NCBI GenBank assembly: GCA_964019335.1 | Contig: OZ025660.1 | Coordinates: 496,001-560,000, forward strand | DNA length: 64,000 nt | Direction: 5' to 3' | Source of the DNA: Diplonema japonicum | Taxonomy: Eukaryota > Protista > Euglenozoa: Diplonemea | Shown: positions 55,377-64,000 of the stretch, piece by piece | Layout of the letters: the number at the start of each line of letters is the position of its first letter | Position numbering within the stretch: the stretch's first letter is position 1 | Translations under genes and position numbers: made by a program | Notes under the pieces: model-generated | Databases searched by the model: none | What the model was told of the DNA's origin: nothing | The model's input: the letters and a program-made list of their open reading frames with translations, nothing else

Positions 55377-56195
55377 TCATGCAACAACGGTCTTGTAAAC
55401 GTCGTGCCGCGTTCCCTTCAGGATGGGGAGGGACGCCCTTGTCTTTTCCACAACAGTGGTGTCGATGTCCGCATAAACAATCTCCTGTGCGTGCCCTGCC
55501 TCTGCGAGGATGTTGCCCCAGGGATCGGCTACGAGGGAATGGCCGTAGGCAACGTAGTCCGCGTCCTCGTCACGAGCAGGGGAGCAAAATATCACAAATT
55601 GCTGGGAATCTATCGCACGGGCACGGGCCATGAGGGACCAGTGCTGTGGACCGGTAACCATGTTAAAGGCACCGGGGAAGACCATAAGGGACGTACCTTG
55701 ATCCGTGTAATGTGCGGCCATTTGAGGGTACCGCACATCGAAGCAGATGCCAAGACCTGTCTTCACGCCGTGGGGGAGCTCAAATGTTGAGAAGGCATCG
55801 CCTGCTGTGAGCGTCTCGCCTTCGTCAAAGGTGAGCTCCGGTGTATTAATTCGGAAGAGGTGAATTTTACGGTACTTAGCAATCATTTCTCCTTCCGGGT
55901 TGAAAGTTGTCGAAGTGTTGTACAGCTTCCCCTCCGACTCCTCTGCAATGGACCCTGCCACCAAGTACACCCTGCACTCCTTCGCTACCGTCGACATCGC
56001 AGCGTATGTCTCACCCTCGGGTATCCTCTCAGCATACTCTGGGAAGTACTTCGGCCCATACGGTGCATTGAAGCATTCTGGCAGCACCACCAGCTCGGCA
56101 CCCCCAGAGGCAGCCTGCCTCACCTGAGCCAACGCATTCGCAACGTTGGTCGCCTTGTTGGCCGTCACCGCTAGCTGGCACAGCGCAACTTTCAT
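55377..56195 (-). CDS. NIT2: Omega-amidase (nitrilase superfamily)
   Basis: Catalytic triad motifs LPECFN, YRKIHLF and GICFD; AFNMVTGP.HW; start MKVALCQL after a CAG acceptor. Confidence 0.92.
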   Translation of the reverse strand: MKVALCQLAVTANKATNVANALAQVRQAASGGAELVVLPECFNAPYGPKYFPEYAERIPEGETYAAMSTVAKECRVYLVAGSIAEESEGKLYNTSTTFNPEGEMIAKYRKIHLFRINTPELTFDEGETLTAGDAFSTFELPHGVKTGLGICFDVRYPQMAAHYTDQGTSLMVFPGAFNMVTGPQHWSLMARARAIDSQQFVIFCSPARDEDADYVAYGHSLVADPWGNILAEAGHAQEIVYADIDTTVVEKTRASLPILKGTRHDVYKTVVA

Positions 56196-56513
56196 CTTCA
56201 CCTGCAAACTAATTTTAAAACACCGGAACAATAATGCGAAAGAAGGGAAAAGAAAAGAAAGGCTTACACACAAAGATGGTCCAGGCTAACTCACCTCCTT
56301 GGCACCACTTCGCACAGGAAGATTGACCGTTGGCCAAGCAAGTCTGCGGGAGGTGCAAGCAGGCAATTTTATACCAAGAAAAAAAAAAACACGCGTAGGT
56401 AGGGTTAACATAGGTTGAGAACCTAAGAAGACACAAAAAAAGAAAGGAAAAAAAAGGGGGGGGGAAGAAAAAGCAAGGGAAGAAATACTCGTTTCTTTTT
56501 TGAAACAAACCAC

Positions 56514-56858
56514 TTACTGCTTGACGGTAAGGTGCTTGATGATCTTGCCGTCGGCGTTGAAGGTGTAGGTCTGCTTCAGGTTGGCCTTGACCATCATCTT
56601 GGAGACGACCATGGTGCGGGTGGCGACGAGCTCGCCCTCAGCCACGAAGTCCGTCTTGGACTTCAGGGTGGGAAGGCTCTTGTCCTGGTTGCCCCAGAAT
56701 GCCACCACGTTCGCCTTCCCGTTGTGTGTCTCGGTCGACATCATGGTCGGCACGGTCCACTCGACGTCGTCAGCAAGGAACTCCCCAGCCTCCTCGTTCT
56801 TCTTCGCCACGCGAAGCTCAACGAACTGGCTTGCGATCGCAACAACGTCAACACCCAT
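56514..56858 (-). CDS. SnoaL/NTF2-like small protein (114 aa), divergent paralog
   Basis: FLADDVEW...HNGKANV...YTFNADGKI; intronless and GC-rich. Confidence 0.78.
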   Translation of the reverse strand: MGVDVVAIASQFVELRVAKKNEEAGEFLADDVEWTVPTMMSTETHNGKANVVAFWGNQDKSLPTLKSKTDFVAEGELVATRTMVVSKMMVKANLKQTYTFNADGKIIKHLTVKQ

Positions 56859-56974
56859 TTTTATTGGTTTTGGTTTTTAGAAAGTAGATAATACTGTAAT
56901 GTGGTGTGGTGGAGTGTTTAGGGAAAATGCTCCAGATATTTTTAATCATATCCCATTTAGAGACACCAGGCAGG

Positions 56975-57174
56975 TTGTTATCTCGCATCAGGACTGGAGG
57001 ATGGTATCTTTATTTGATAAAGGCCTTCCGTGGCACCCGTGCTGCCCTGCTCCCTCCCTCCTACCCCTTACATGTCTCGCACCCCTCCAACGCCTCTTTC
57101 ATGTATGAAGAACGCGAAGTGGTGTTAATTAAGGGTGCTCTCCAGGCCTGTCCGGGTACGTTGGGAAAACAACT

Positions 57175-57211
<37 letters not shown>

Positions 57212-58345
57212 CTGTTTTCTGTTTTCTTTTCAGAAAGGGTTTGTGCAGAGCACCTATCCATCAAACACCTCTCATCTGTGATGACAAGGTCAGAGACTCT
57301 AGTCTTTTGTGCTTTGATCATCATTCACAGCGTTGGTGTGTCCCCTTCGACACGGGTCATCACTTCAAAAGACGAAAAAGACAACAAAATCAGTTCCTTT
57401 CAAAGCAAAGAGAACAAAAAATGGTCTCACGCTGATAAAGCTCCCATTCCAAGCATGAGGTGCCCAACGGGTGGTATGTACAGCGTTGCGTTGCTGCTTT
57501 CTTTGTTCTCACATTCCTCTTCTCGCACTGCTTCACAACCATCACCCTATTAAGAGGGAACTGGCTCGCTTATAAGCTTGCTGAATGAAAGCTCTCTTCA
57601 CTTCTCCTCTCGCATCAGGACTGGAGGATGGTATCTTTACTGCGAAAGGCCTTCCGTGCTGCCTCTCGAGTTTCCTTTTCTTTCGTTGGTGTATTCTTGA
57701 ACCAATATTATTCCGTATCCCTTACAGCAAAGGGCAAGGAGGGTTGCAGGTACTTCCTTGTTGGTGTAGGGCATTCTTCTTCTTTGTGTCCTCATCTCCC
57801 GCCCACTTTCACCCTGCAGCATCCATTTCACGCCCCCCCAGGGCTATGCTGGCAGGAAACGTGGAAACGTTTCCGTTTCCGTTTCCGTTTCCATACTTTT
57901 CAAAATTCTTATGGAAACGCGGTTCCTTCTTAAGGAAACATAAGGAAACGTTTCCGTTTCCGTATCCCTTTTTTTCAAAAAATGCATGGAAACGCGTTTC
58001 CATGCCAGCATAGCCCCAGGGGGAGGTCATCTAACCGCAATATCGTGTCTCATCAGCTGTCTGCTGAAACCAAACAAACCAAAAAGAAACAAAAATAAAA
58101 GCAGGGTTCTCACCAGCACATCGAACCACATGCACTGATGAGCTGCTGCGGTATTGCAATGCGGATTTCCGGGATAGGAGACATGCTGGGGATCTTGTAC
58201 CAGATAAAGGGAACCTGTGCAAGGTACGAGGCACCTCACAGGAGGGTTGCCGGTACTCTGTTCTATTGTTTCTCTTCCTTCTCTCGCACCAGTATTATCC
58301 CGCAACCCTTACCACAAAGGGCACTGGTCCTTGATGGTGCTGTGC
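56975..58345 (-). ncRNA. snoRNA array 5 (reshuffled order, with fragments and a MITE insertion)
   Basis: AGA hairpins at ~56977-57044, 57072-57140, 57422-57488, 57518-57582, 57692-57755, 58105-58167, 58190-58257, 58279-58341; C/D at 57230-57363. Confidence 0.8.
57841..58016. mobile_element. 176-bp MITE inserted in a copy of snoRNA CD-D
   Basis: TIRs GGGCTATGCTGGCA(T)GGAAACG / CGTTTCCATGCCAGCATAGCCC with internal GGAAAC/GTTTCC repeats. The empty site CCCCCCCAGGGGG is visible at 3009-3021 and ~42383-42395. TSD length is ambiguous (CA up to CCCCAGGG). Confidence 0.85.
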
Positions 58346-58959
58346 ATGCATGGAAGAAACCAAATACCATGGATACTTTATTTGTTAGGTTTTGGGAAAA
58401 GTTAATCCACGCTGTCTGTGGAGTAGAGTGGAGAGAATAAGAATTTAAAAAAAAAAAAAAAATGGAAGGAAGAGAAAACGAAAATCAAGGAACTAACTAA
58501 TATATCCTAGAGTTCATTTTTGCATGGTGGGAACGAAATAATTCCTAAAGCGAGAGAGGGAGTGAAGTACGTGTAGAGTGAACCTTTTTTTTTTTTTTTT
58601 TTTTGTTTCGGCAACAGGATCACTGGGGAGAAAAAAATAAAAACCTCAAAAAAAAATCGAAGACAATCCAACTTGAGGCAGAAAAAGAAAGGCGGTGCTT
58701 AAGAACATCTTTTGCTACTCCCATTCTGGAGTTCGTTAAAGGAATAAATAAATAAACAAATAAAAAAGAAAAGCAAGAGTTTAAATATGCCAGGTTTTTT
58801 TCTTTTGTTTGTTTGTTTCTTTCTTTTTTTCTTTTTTTTTTTTTTGCAGTTCCCCTATGCGAAGCGAATTGAAGAGAATAAATAATGCAGGTGTGGAAAG
58901 AAATTGTTTAGCTGGAATAGGATAGAATATATTTGTATTGCCACAAGTTGTGGTTTCTT

Positions 58960-59259
58960 TCAGCTGGTGGTCACTGTCTCATGAACGTGAGTCTTGAACA
59001 CGCCAGTCACTTCGCCGTCTCTTGTTAAGACTGTCTTTTCGTCTATTGTGTGGCTCTTCTCCTTGTCGCCACTGAGCGTCTTCTCTACTGATTCGCAATG
59101 AACGTGGCCTTGCTTGGTATCTTTGTCGGTGACTACCGTGCGAGTTGTCTTGTTCCCGTCGATGTCCGTCACCTCATGGATGTGTGCCCCGTCTTCTACT
59201 TTGTCATCCACGGTGTGTCTCGTGTGCGCTGCAACTGCCTGCTTGTCAGCGGAAGACAT
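58960..59259 (-). CDS. Small 99-aa Thr/His/Asp-rich hypothetical protein
   Basis: Clean ATG-to-stop ORF with strong codon bias, preceded by a CAG acceptor and A-rich leader. Confidence 0.65.
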   Translation of the reverse strand: MSSADKQAVAAHTRHTVDDKVEDGAHIHEVTDIDGNKTTRTVVTDKDTKQGHVHCESVEKTLSGDKEKSHTIDEKTVLTRDGEVTGVFKTHVHETVTTS

Positions 59260-59399
59260 TATTTGTATAGTTTTCTTCTTTTTTTCCTTCTTTCCCGAGA
59301 AAACTGAAGAATAATTTGCGGTGTTTCTTGTGTTAAAGGGGAATCATGATGGTCCCTCCCTCTTCGAGATGGAGCTCACCATTGGGAGCGCTAGCTTGT

Positions 59400-60340
59400 A
59401 AGCTTGCTGCTGAAAGCTTCCTTCCTTCCTTCCTTCCTTCTTTCCTTGCTCTCCCATGTCTCTCTTCACTTCTCCTCTCGCATCAGGACTGGAGGATGGT
59501 ATCTTTACTGTGAAAGGCCTTCCGTGGCACCCGTGCTGCTTCTTCTTGTGTCCTCATCTCCCGCCCACTTTCACCCTGCAGCACAAACAGAGTGTGACTG
59601 CTGCAACGACAGCGGAGGGCGGTGGAAGAGCCAGGATGGAATAAAATTGTGTCGAATGAAGAGCCTTGGCTACAAATGGAAAGAAGTCAGAAGTCCTTGT
59701 TTGTAAATCATGAATTGAAAGATCAGAAGCAAGACTGGCATGTCGTGAAAGGGTCGTTGTCATCATCTTGGTTTGTGCAAAAAAGAAAAAGGAAACCTTT
59801 TCCTCAAAAAGGCAAAAGAAAACCGCTGGAGTCTCACGCTGATAAAGCTCCCATTCCAAGCATGAGGTGCCCAACGGGTGGTATGTACAGCGTTGCGTTG
59901 TGTTGCGTTGCCTGTCCCTCCACTCCAAGGAGAAGGGTGTGCATCAGACGATGCCGTCTCACTGGTGTCTGCTCAGCACCAACAGAAGCCTGCCGGTTCA
60001 TAAAATATAGGATCTAAGTGGTGAATCATCATCTGCTCATTCCTTGGAGGGTATCTATTTATTTTATTTCCCCCTAATTCTCTCAGTTTATTTTTCAAAA
60101 AAAAACACAGTTCTATCGCAGACCAGCCAACCCTGAAGGGCCGACCGACTAGGATCGGAGGTGACAGAATGGGTGTGTTGAGTTCTCATCACAGAGTTCC
60201 CATTCGTAGGAAAGTCCCCGCTTCTCCCAAAACAGAAAAAAAGGAGACATCAGAACAGATCTTGGTTTGCGAATGGAATGGTTGTACACACTGTACCCAA
60301 AGGTGCTTCATACGCCAGGTAAAGTGGTGTCATCATCTTG
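59400..60340 (-). ncRNA. snoRNA array 6 (copy of the right part of array 2)
   Basis: Same modules as 35345-36290. Confidence 0.83.
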
Positions 60341-60736
60341 CCCACGACAGGACCTACCCCACCCCAGCAAGCACAGAGTTGTGAATAAACAAGAATAACA
60401 AGAAAATACGGTATGTGGCAGGACGCCTCAAAAAAAAGAAAAGAGGAACACCCAAAGGTGGAATGCCTTTGCTAAAGAAGCAGGTCGAGTTAAAAGGTCT
60501 CTCTCTTTCATTTCTCCCATTTTTCTTTTGTCGTTTCATTTGTTTCTCATCTTAAGTTGTCACACCTACAGACATCATCTCCAGGTACAACGAACTTACT
60601 CAAATTGAAGAAGAAAGCAAAAACAACAACGAAAACGAAAAATAAATGGAGGAACAGAAAAAGAAAAACATCACTGCAACGGAGAAGTGAAAGGCCCACT
60701 GTTTTAAAAAATAAAAAAAGGGCGGGCACACAAATG

Positions 60737-60775
<39 letters not shown>

Positions 60776-61129
60776 AAAGCACAACCCCCTCAAAGAATGT
60801 GGAGTTATATCCACACCTGTTCTGCGGGGGTTCATGAAGTATAGCCCAGCTGTAGTAGGCTAGCTAGAATGTTGGGAAGAAAGTGTGGTGATCCTTCGGA
60901 GGGATGGGAACAGAGAGCAGTGGAGCTGCGGACCACTCTTTCTCATTGTGGTTCGTGGTGTCTTCTTTCATTCTCTCCTTTTTTTTTTCCCCCTCTCTGT
61001 CCCCTCCTCATCCGGAGGATCGTTTGTTTTTTTTTCTTTTTTTTTTCTCTTTTTTTTCTTCTTTCTTTTTGTTCTCTCGTGGGAATTTTATTTTTATGCA
61101 TTTTATCATAAAAACTACGGACTACTGTC

Positions 61130-61444
61130 TCACAGCTTCTTGGCAACCATGGATGTCACCTTCCCGTCGGAAACAGTGAAGGTCTGCCTCACCTTCAGGG
61201 TCACAAGGCCCAGGGCCACCTTTGCCTTCAGGGTGCGTGTGAAGGTGCCCTCGGGGGTCTCCACCAGCTCCGTCTCCCCGTAGAAGTCAGGTGCATCATC
61301 GCTTGCCATCTGCTTCCTCAAAGCCCCCTTCCCCTTCACCTCCCACCGGGGGGTCTTGAAGTGCGCATCCTCCGCAACAAGGGCCAGCATCCCATCACGG
61401 TCCTTTGCCTTCATGCACTTTACGTACTGCTGCACAACGTCCAT
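61130..61444 (-). CDS. SnoaL/NTF2-like small protein, copy 2
   Basis: Protein identical to 37068..37382, with a different upstream leader. Confidence 0.78.
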   Translation of the reverse strand: MDVVQQYVKCMKAKDRDGMLALVAEDAHFKTPRWEVKGKGALRKQMASDDAPDFYGETELVETPEGTFTRTLKAKVALGLVTLKVRQTFTVSDGKVTSMVAKKL

Positions 61445-62143
61445 TATTTTGTGTGTTTGGTGTTTCACTTCCTAAACCTGTGTGACTGATGGGAGGCTAT
61501 GGCGTATTTCAAACAACAAAAGTAAAAAAACGAGAATTGAAAGGAAAATAAAAATGCGGGAAAAAAAACTCAAAGTACAGGACAAGCCCCCCGCTAGAGG
61601 GCCGCCCTATAAAAAAAAAACTCGAAAAGATTTCAGTGTGCATGGGGTGCTCACTGTTCAAAAAAAAACCTTTTTATCTTCAAAAGAAGAATGTAAAAAA
61701 AAGTATTTTTTTTGGTTTTTTTTTATTTTTTTTATTTATTCCTCAACGAAACAGCGGGAGTCACCATTTGGTGAGCGTCAAATACGCAATATCACCAGCT
61801 GTCCATTGGGAAAATAAAAAAAAGTTAAAGAAAAGGAACAACCGAGAGGGAAAGGAGGGGAGGAAAAGTGTAACCAGACATGTGTCATGGTTACAAGGTA
61901 TAATAATAGGGGAGGAGGGAGGGAAGCTCTAGGCCACCACAGGTGGGCGAGGGGAATCATGTTAACTAAATGCTTTTTTTTTTCTTCGGACAAAAAAGAC
62001 ACGATGCACAAGTCACAGAAGAAGAAGAATAAGAAGAGGAAGCCTAATAAGTTGGTATTGTTGCTGTCTTGTCCCAATTAAGAGAGTATGGCGTTGGTCC
62101 TCTTCTTGTTGTTGTTGTTGTTGTTGCTGTTCTTGTTGCTGCT

Positions 62144-63208
62144 TCAGCCAATCTTGTAACCCAGGTGGTTGCTGGTGAGGCACTGGGCGTACCACCTGCT
62201 CTGCTTGTAGCAAGAGGCCCCGCCGGAGCAGCAGGTGGGGGCGTGAAGGCAGCTTCCCCACTTCGGGATCGCCGTGCGGCAACCAGAGGAAGGAGGGGGA
62301 ACAGGAACGGGGACAGGTGGAACAGGAACAGGAGGAGTGGGAGGGGTGGGGACAGGTGGTGTGTTCCCGTTCCCCGCTGCAGGGATGCACTGGGCATACC
62401 ACTGGCTCTGCCTGTCGCACACCGCCCCTTGCGTGCAGCAGTGCATCGCGCTCGTGCAAGCCCCCCACATGGGAATCGTCCTCGAGCACCCTGTGGTGGG
62501 GGGAACAGGGACAGGGGGAACGGGAACGGGGGGAACAGGAACAGGAGGGACAGGAACAGGAGGAGTGGGAGGGGTGGGAACAGGGGGAACCGGAACAGGA
62601 GGAACAGGGTTCCCGCCGCCACCACCACCACCACCACCACCTCCACTGAAGTCCAAGTCAACAGCGTTGTAGAAGCTTGCGGCGGTGTCACCGACATCCC
62701 AGATGGCGAGGACAACGTGGTAGCCCGACTTGGAGGGGAGGGTGCAGGAGTGGGTCGTCACCATCGGGGGCTTCACCATCCCGCCCGCCGCGGAGCAGAA
62801 GGGAGCATCCTCGAAGCTGCCCCTCCCGAGGGGAGCGTTCTGGTTCCACCCATCCTTCGTGATGTAGTACCTCCAGTCCAGGGTCACGTGGTTCGCCGTG
62901 AACTGCCAGGTGAAGTCGGTCCTGCCCCCGCTCGCTGCCGTCTTCGCCCACCTGCTCGAAGACTGCTCGTTCAGAGGGGCCCAGGTCGCGCTCCCCGCCG
63001 CCGCCAGCTGCCCGTCCGGAGGACCGCTCGCTGGGTACCGGTCCGGTCCCTCCACACTCTGCGGCTCGTACTGCACCCCTCCGCACCCGCTGTTTGTCTT
63101 CAGCTTGCACGCGTAGTTCCGAGAAGGCGGGCTCATCACGTAGCCGTGTCCCTCAACCCGCACCACTGCTGCCGCTGCCAGCAGCATCGGAAGTCCCAGG
63201 CGCTTCAT
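62144..63208 (-). CDS. AA10 LPMO-CBM1x2, copy 2
   Basis: Identical to copy 1 except for one extra 5-aa Pro/Val linker unit. Confidence 0.93.
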   Translation of the reverse strand: MKRLGLPMLLAAAAVVRVEGHGYVMSPPSRNYACKLKTNSGCGGVQYEPQSVEGPDRYPASGPPDGQLAAAGSATWAPLNEQSSSRWAKTAASGGRTDFTWQFTANHVTLDWRYYITKDGWNQNAPLGRGSFEDAPFCSAAGGMVKPPMVTTHSCTLPSKSGYHVVLAIWDVGDTAASFYNAVDLDFSGGGGGGGGGGGNPVPPVPVPPVPTPPTPPVPVPPVPVPPVPVPPVPVPPTTGCSRTIPMWGACTSAMHCCTQGAVCDRQSQWYAQCIPAAGNGNTPPVPTPPTPPVPVPPVPVPVPPPSSGCRTAIPKWGSCLHAPTCCSGGASCYKQSRWYAQCLTSNHLGYKIG

Positions 63209-63309
63209 TTCTCTTCTTCTTTTTTTTTTTTTTTTTTTTTTTTTTGTTGTGTGGAAACTGTGGAGTGAAAATAGAGACAGAGTAGCGAGCCCCCTCTTCC
63301 AACAAGAGG

Positions 63310-64000
63310 ATGAATGGATCAAAGGTGCTTCATACACCAGGTAAAGTGGTGTCATCATCTTGCCCCTTTGCCTACCCCATTGGCCCTCGTGATGGGAATA
63401 TGAATGGATCAGTTTCCTTCTGTCATTTATGTGTTAAAGGGGAATCAGGAGACTGTGTCTTCATAGAATGGACCAATGTTCTTTAACTACGGTGTCATCA
63501 TGTGTTTCCCCCCCCCCCCTCCTCGCAATTGGGCGAGTCACCTCTTCTCGCATTGCTTCACAACCATCACCCTATTAAGAGGGAACTGGCTCGCTTATAA
63601 GCTTGCTGAAAGCGTCTTTCCTTTCCCATCTCTCTCTCTTCACTTCTCCTCTCGCGGACTGGAGGTATCTTTACTGCGAAAGGCCTTCCGTGGTACCCGT
63701 GCTGCCTCTCGAGTTTCCTTTTCTTTCGTTGGTGTATTCTTGAACCAATATTATTCCGTATCCCTTACAGCAAAGGGCAAGGAGGGTTGCAGGTACTTTC
63801 TTGTTTCTTCCTTTTTTCTTTGTTCCCCCGCGTATCTCGCAGGTTTTTGACCCTCACTTGAACCAGCAACATGGGTTCGCAAGGAACACGAAACACTGCT
63901 GCGCTCGTGTGTTGTGTGTGCCCACATGTCTCGCACCCCTCCAACGCCTCTTTCATGTATGAAGAACGCGAAGTGGTGTTAATTAAGGGTGCTCTCCTTT
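63310..64000 (-). ncRNA. snoRNA array 7 (reaches the window edge)
   Basis: C/D at 63409-63501; AGA hairpins at ~63544-63607, 63734-63796, 63832-63904, 63927-63993. Confidence 0.8.

Noticed and set aside
1845-59900. Recurring ~65-bp unit GTCTCACGCTGATAAAGCTCCC... as a CRISPR repeat or SINE
   Set aside because: Irregular spacing, the intervening sequences are themselves repeated, no cas genes, no TSD or poly(A) tail; it folds as an AGA-box guide.

Overview
Eukaryotic nuclear DNA, most likely a euglenozoan and probably a diplonemid. This is an inference from four things: every credible gene is on the minus strand across 64 kb, short GT-AG introns occur alongside apparent trans-splice acceptors, there is a calflagin-like domain, and the guide RNAs are single-hairpin AGA-box type. 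About 24 protein genes are recognisable. They include an ankyrin-glutaminase, a NERD1-like FG-GAP protein, a questin-oxidase-like protein, a Trl1-type tRNA ligase, a MAK/ICK kinase, an OMA1-like peptidase, a K+ channel with a large ectodomain, a sulfatase, two AA10 LPMO-CBM1x2 genes, two mucin-like surface proteins, three SnoaL-like proteins and NIT2. The main hidden structure is the patchwork 'intergenic repeat' that recurs seven times. Read on the minus strand it resolves into arrays of about 7 box C/D snoRNAs (UGAUGA...CUGA, several with rRNA-complementary guides) and about 10 single-hairpin box-AGA pseudouridylation guides. The modules are reshuffled, truncated and recombined between arrays, including one chimeric guide. 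The arrays bracket duplicated, intronless genes, several of them secreted or bacterial-like, which suggests they act as a recombination and amplification platform. Other notable features are introns with poly(A) in place of a polypyrimidine tract, a 22-nt intron, a pogo-like element inside an intron, and a MITE inside a snoRNA. All rRNA and protein similarities are from recalled consensus sequences, not database searches. Homopolymer lengths may be affected by sequencing error.
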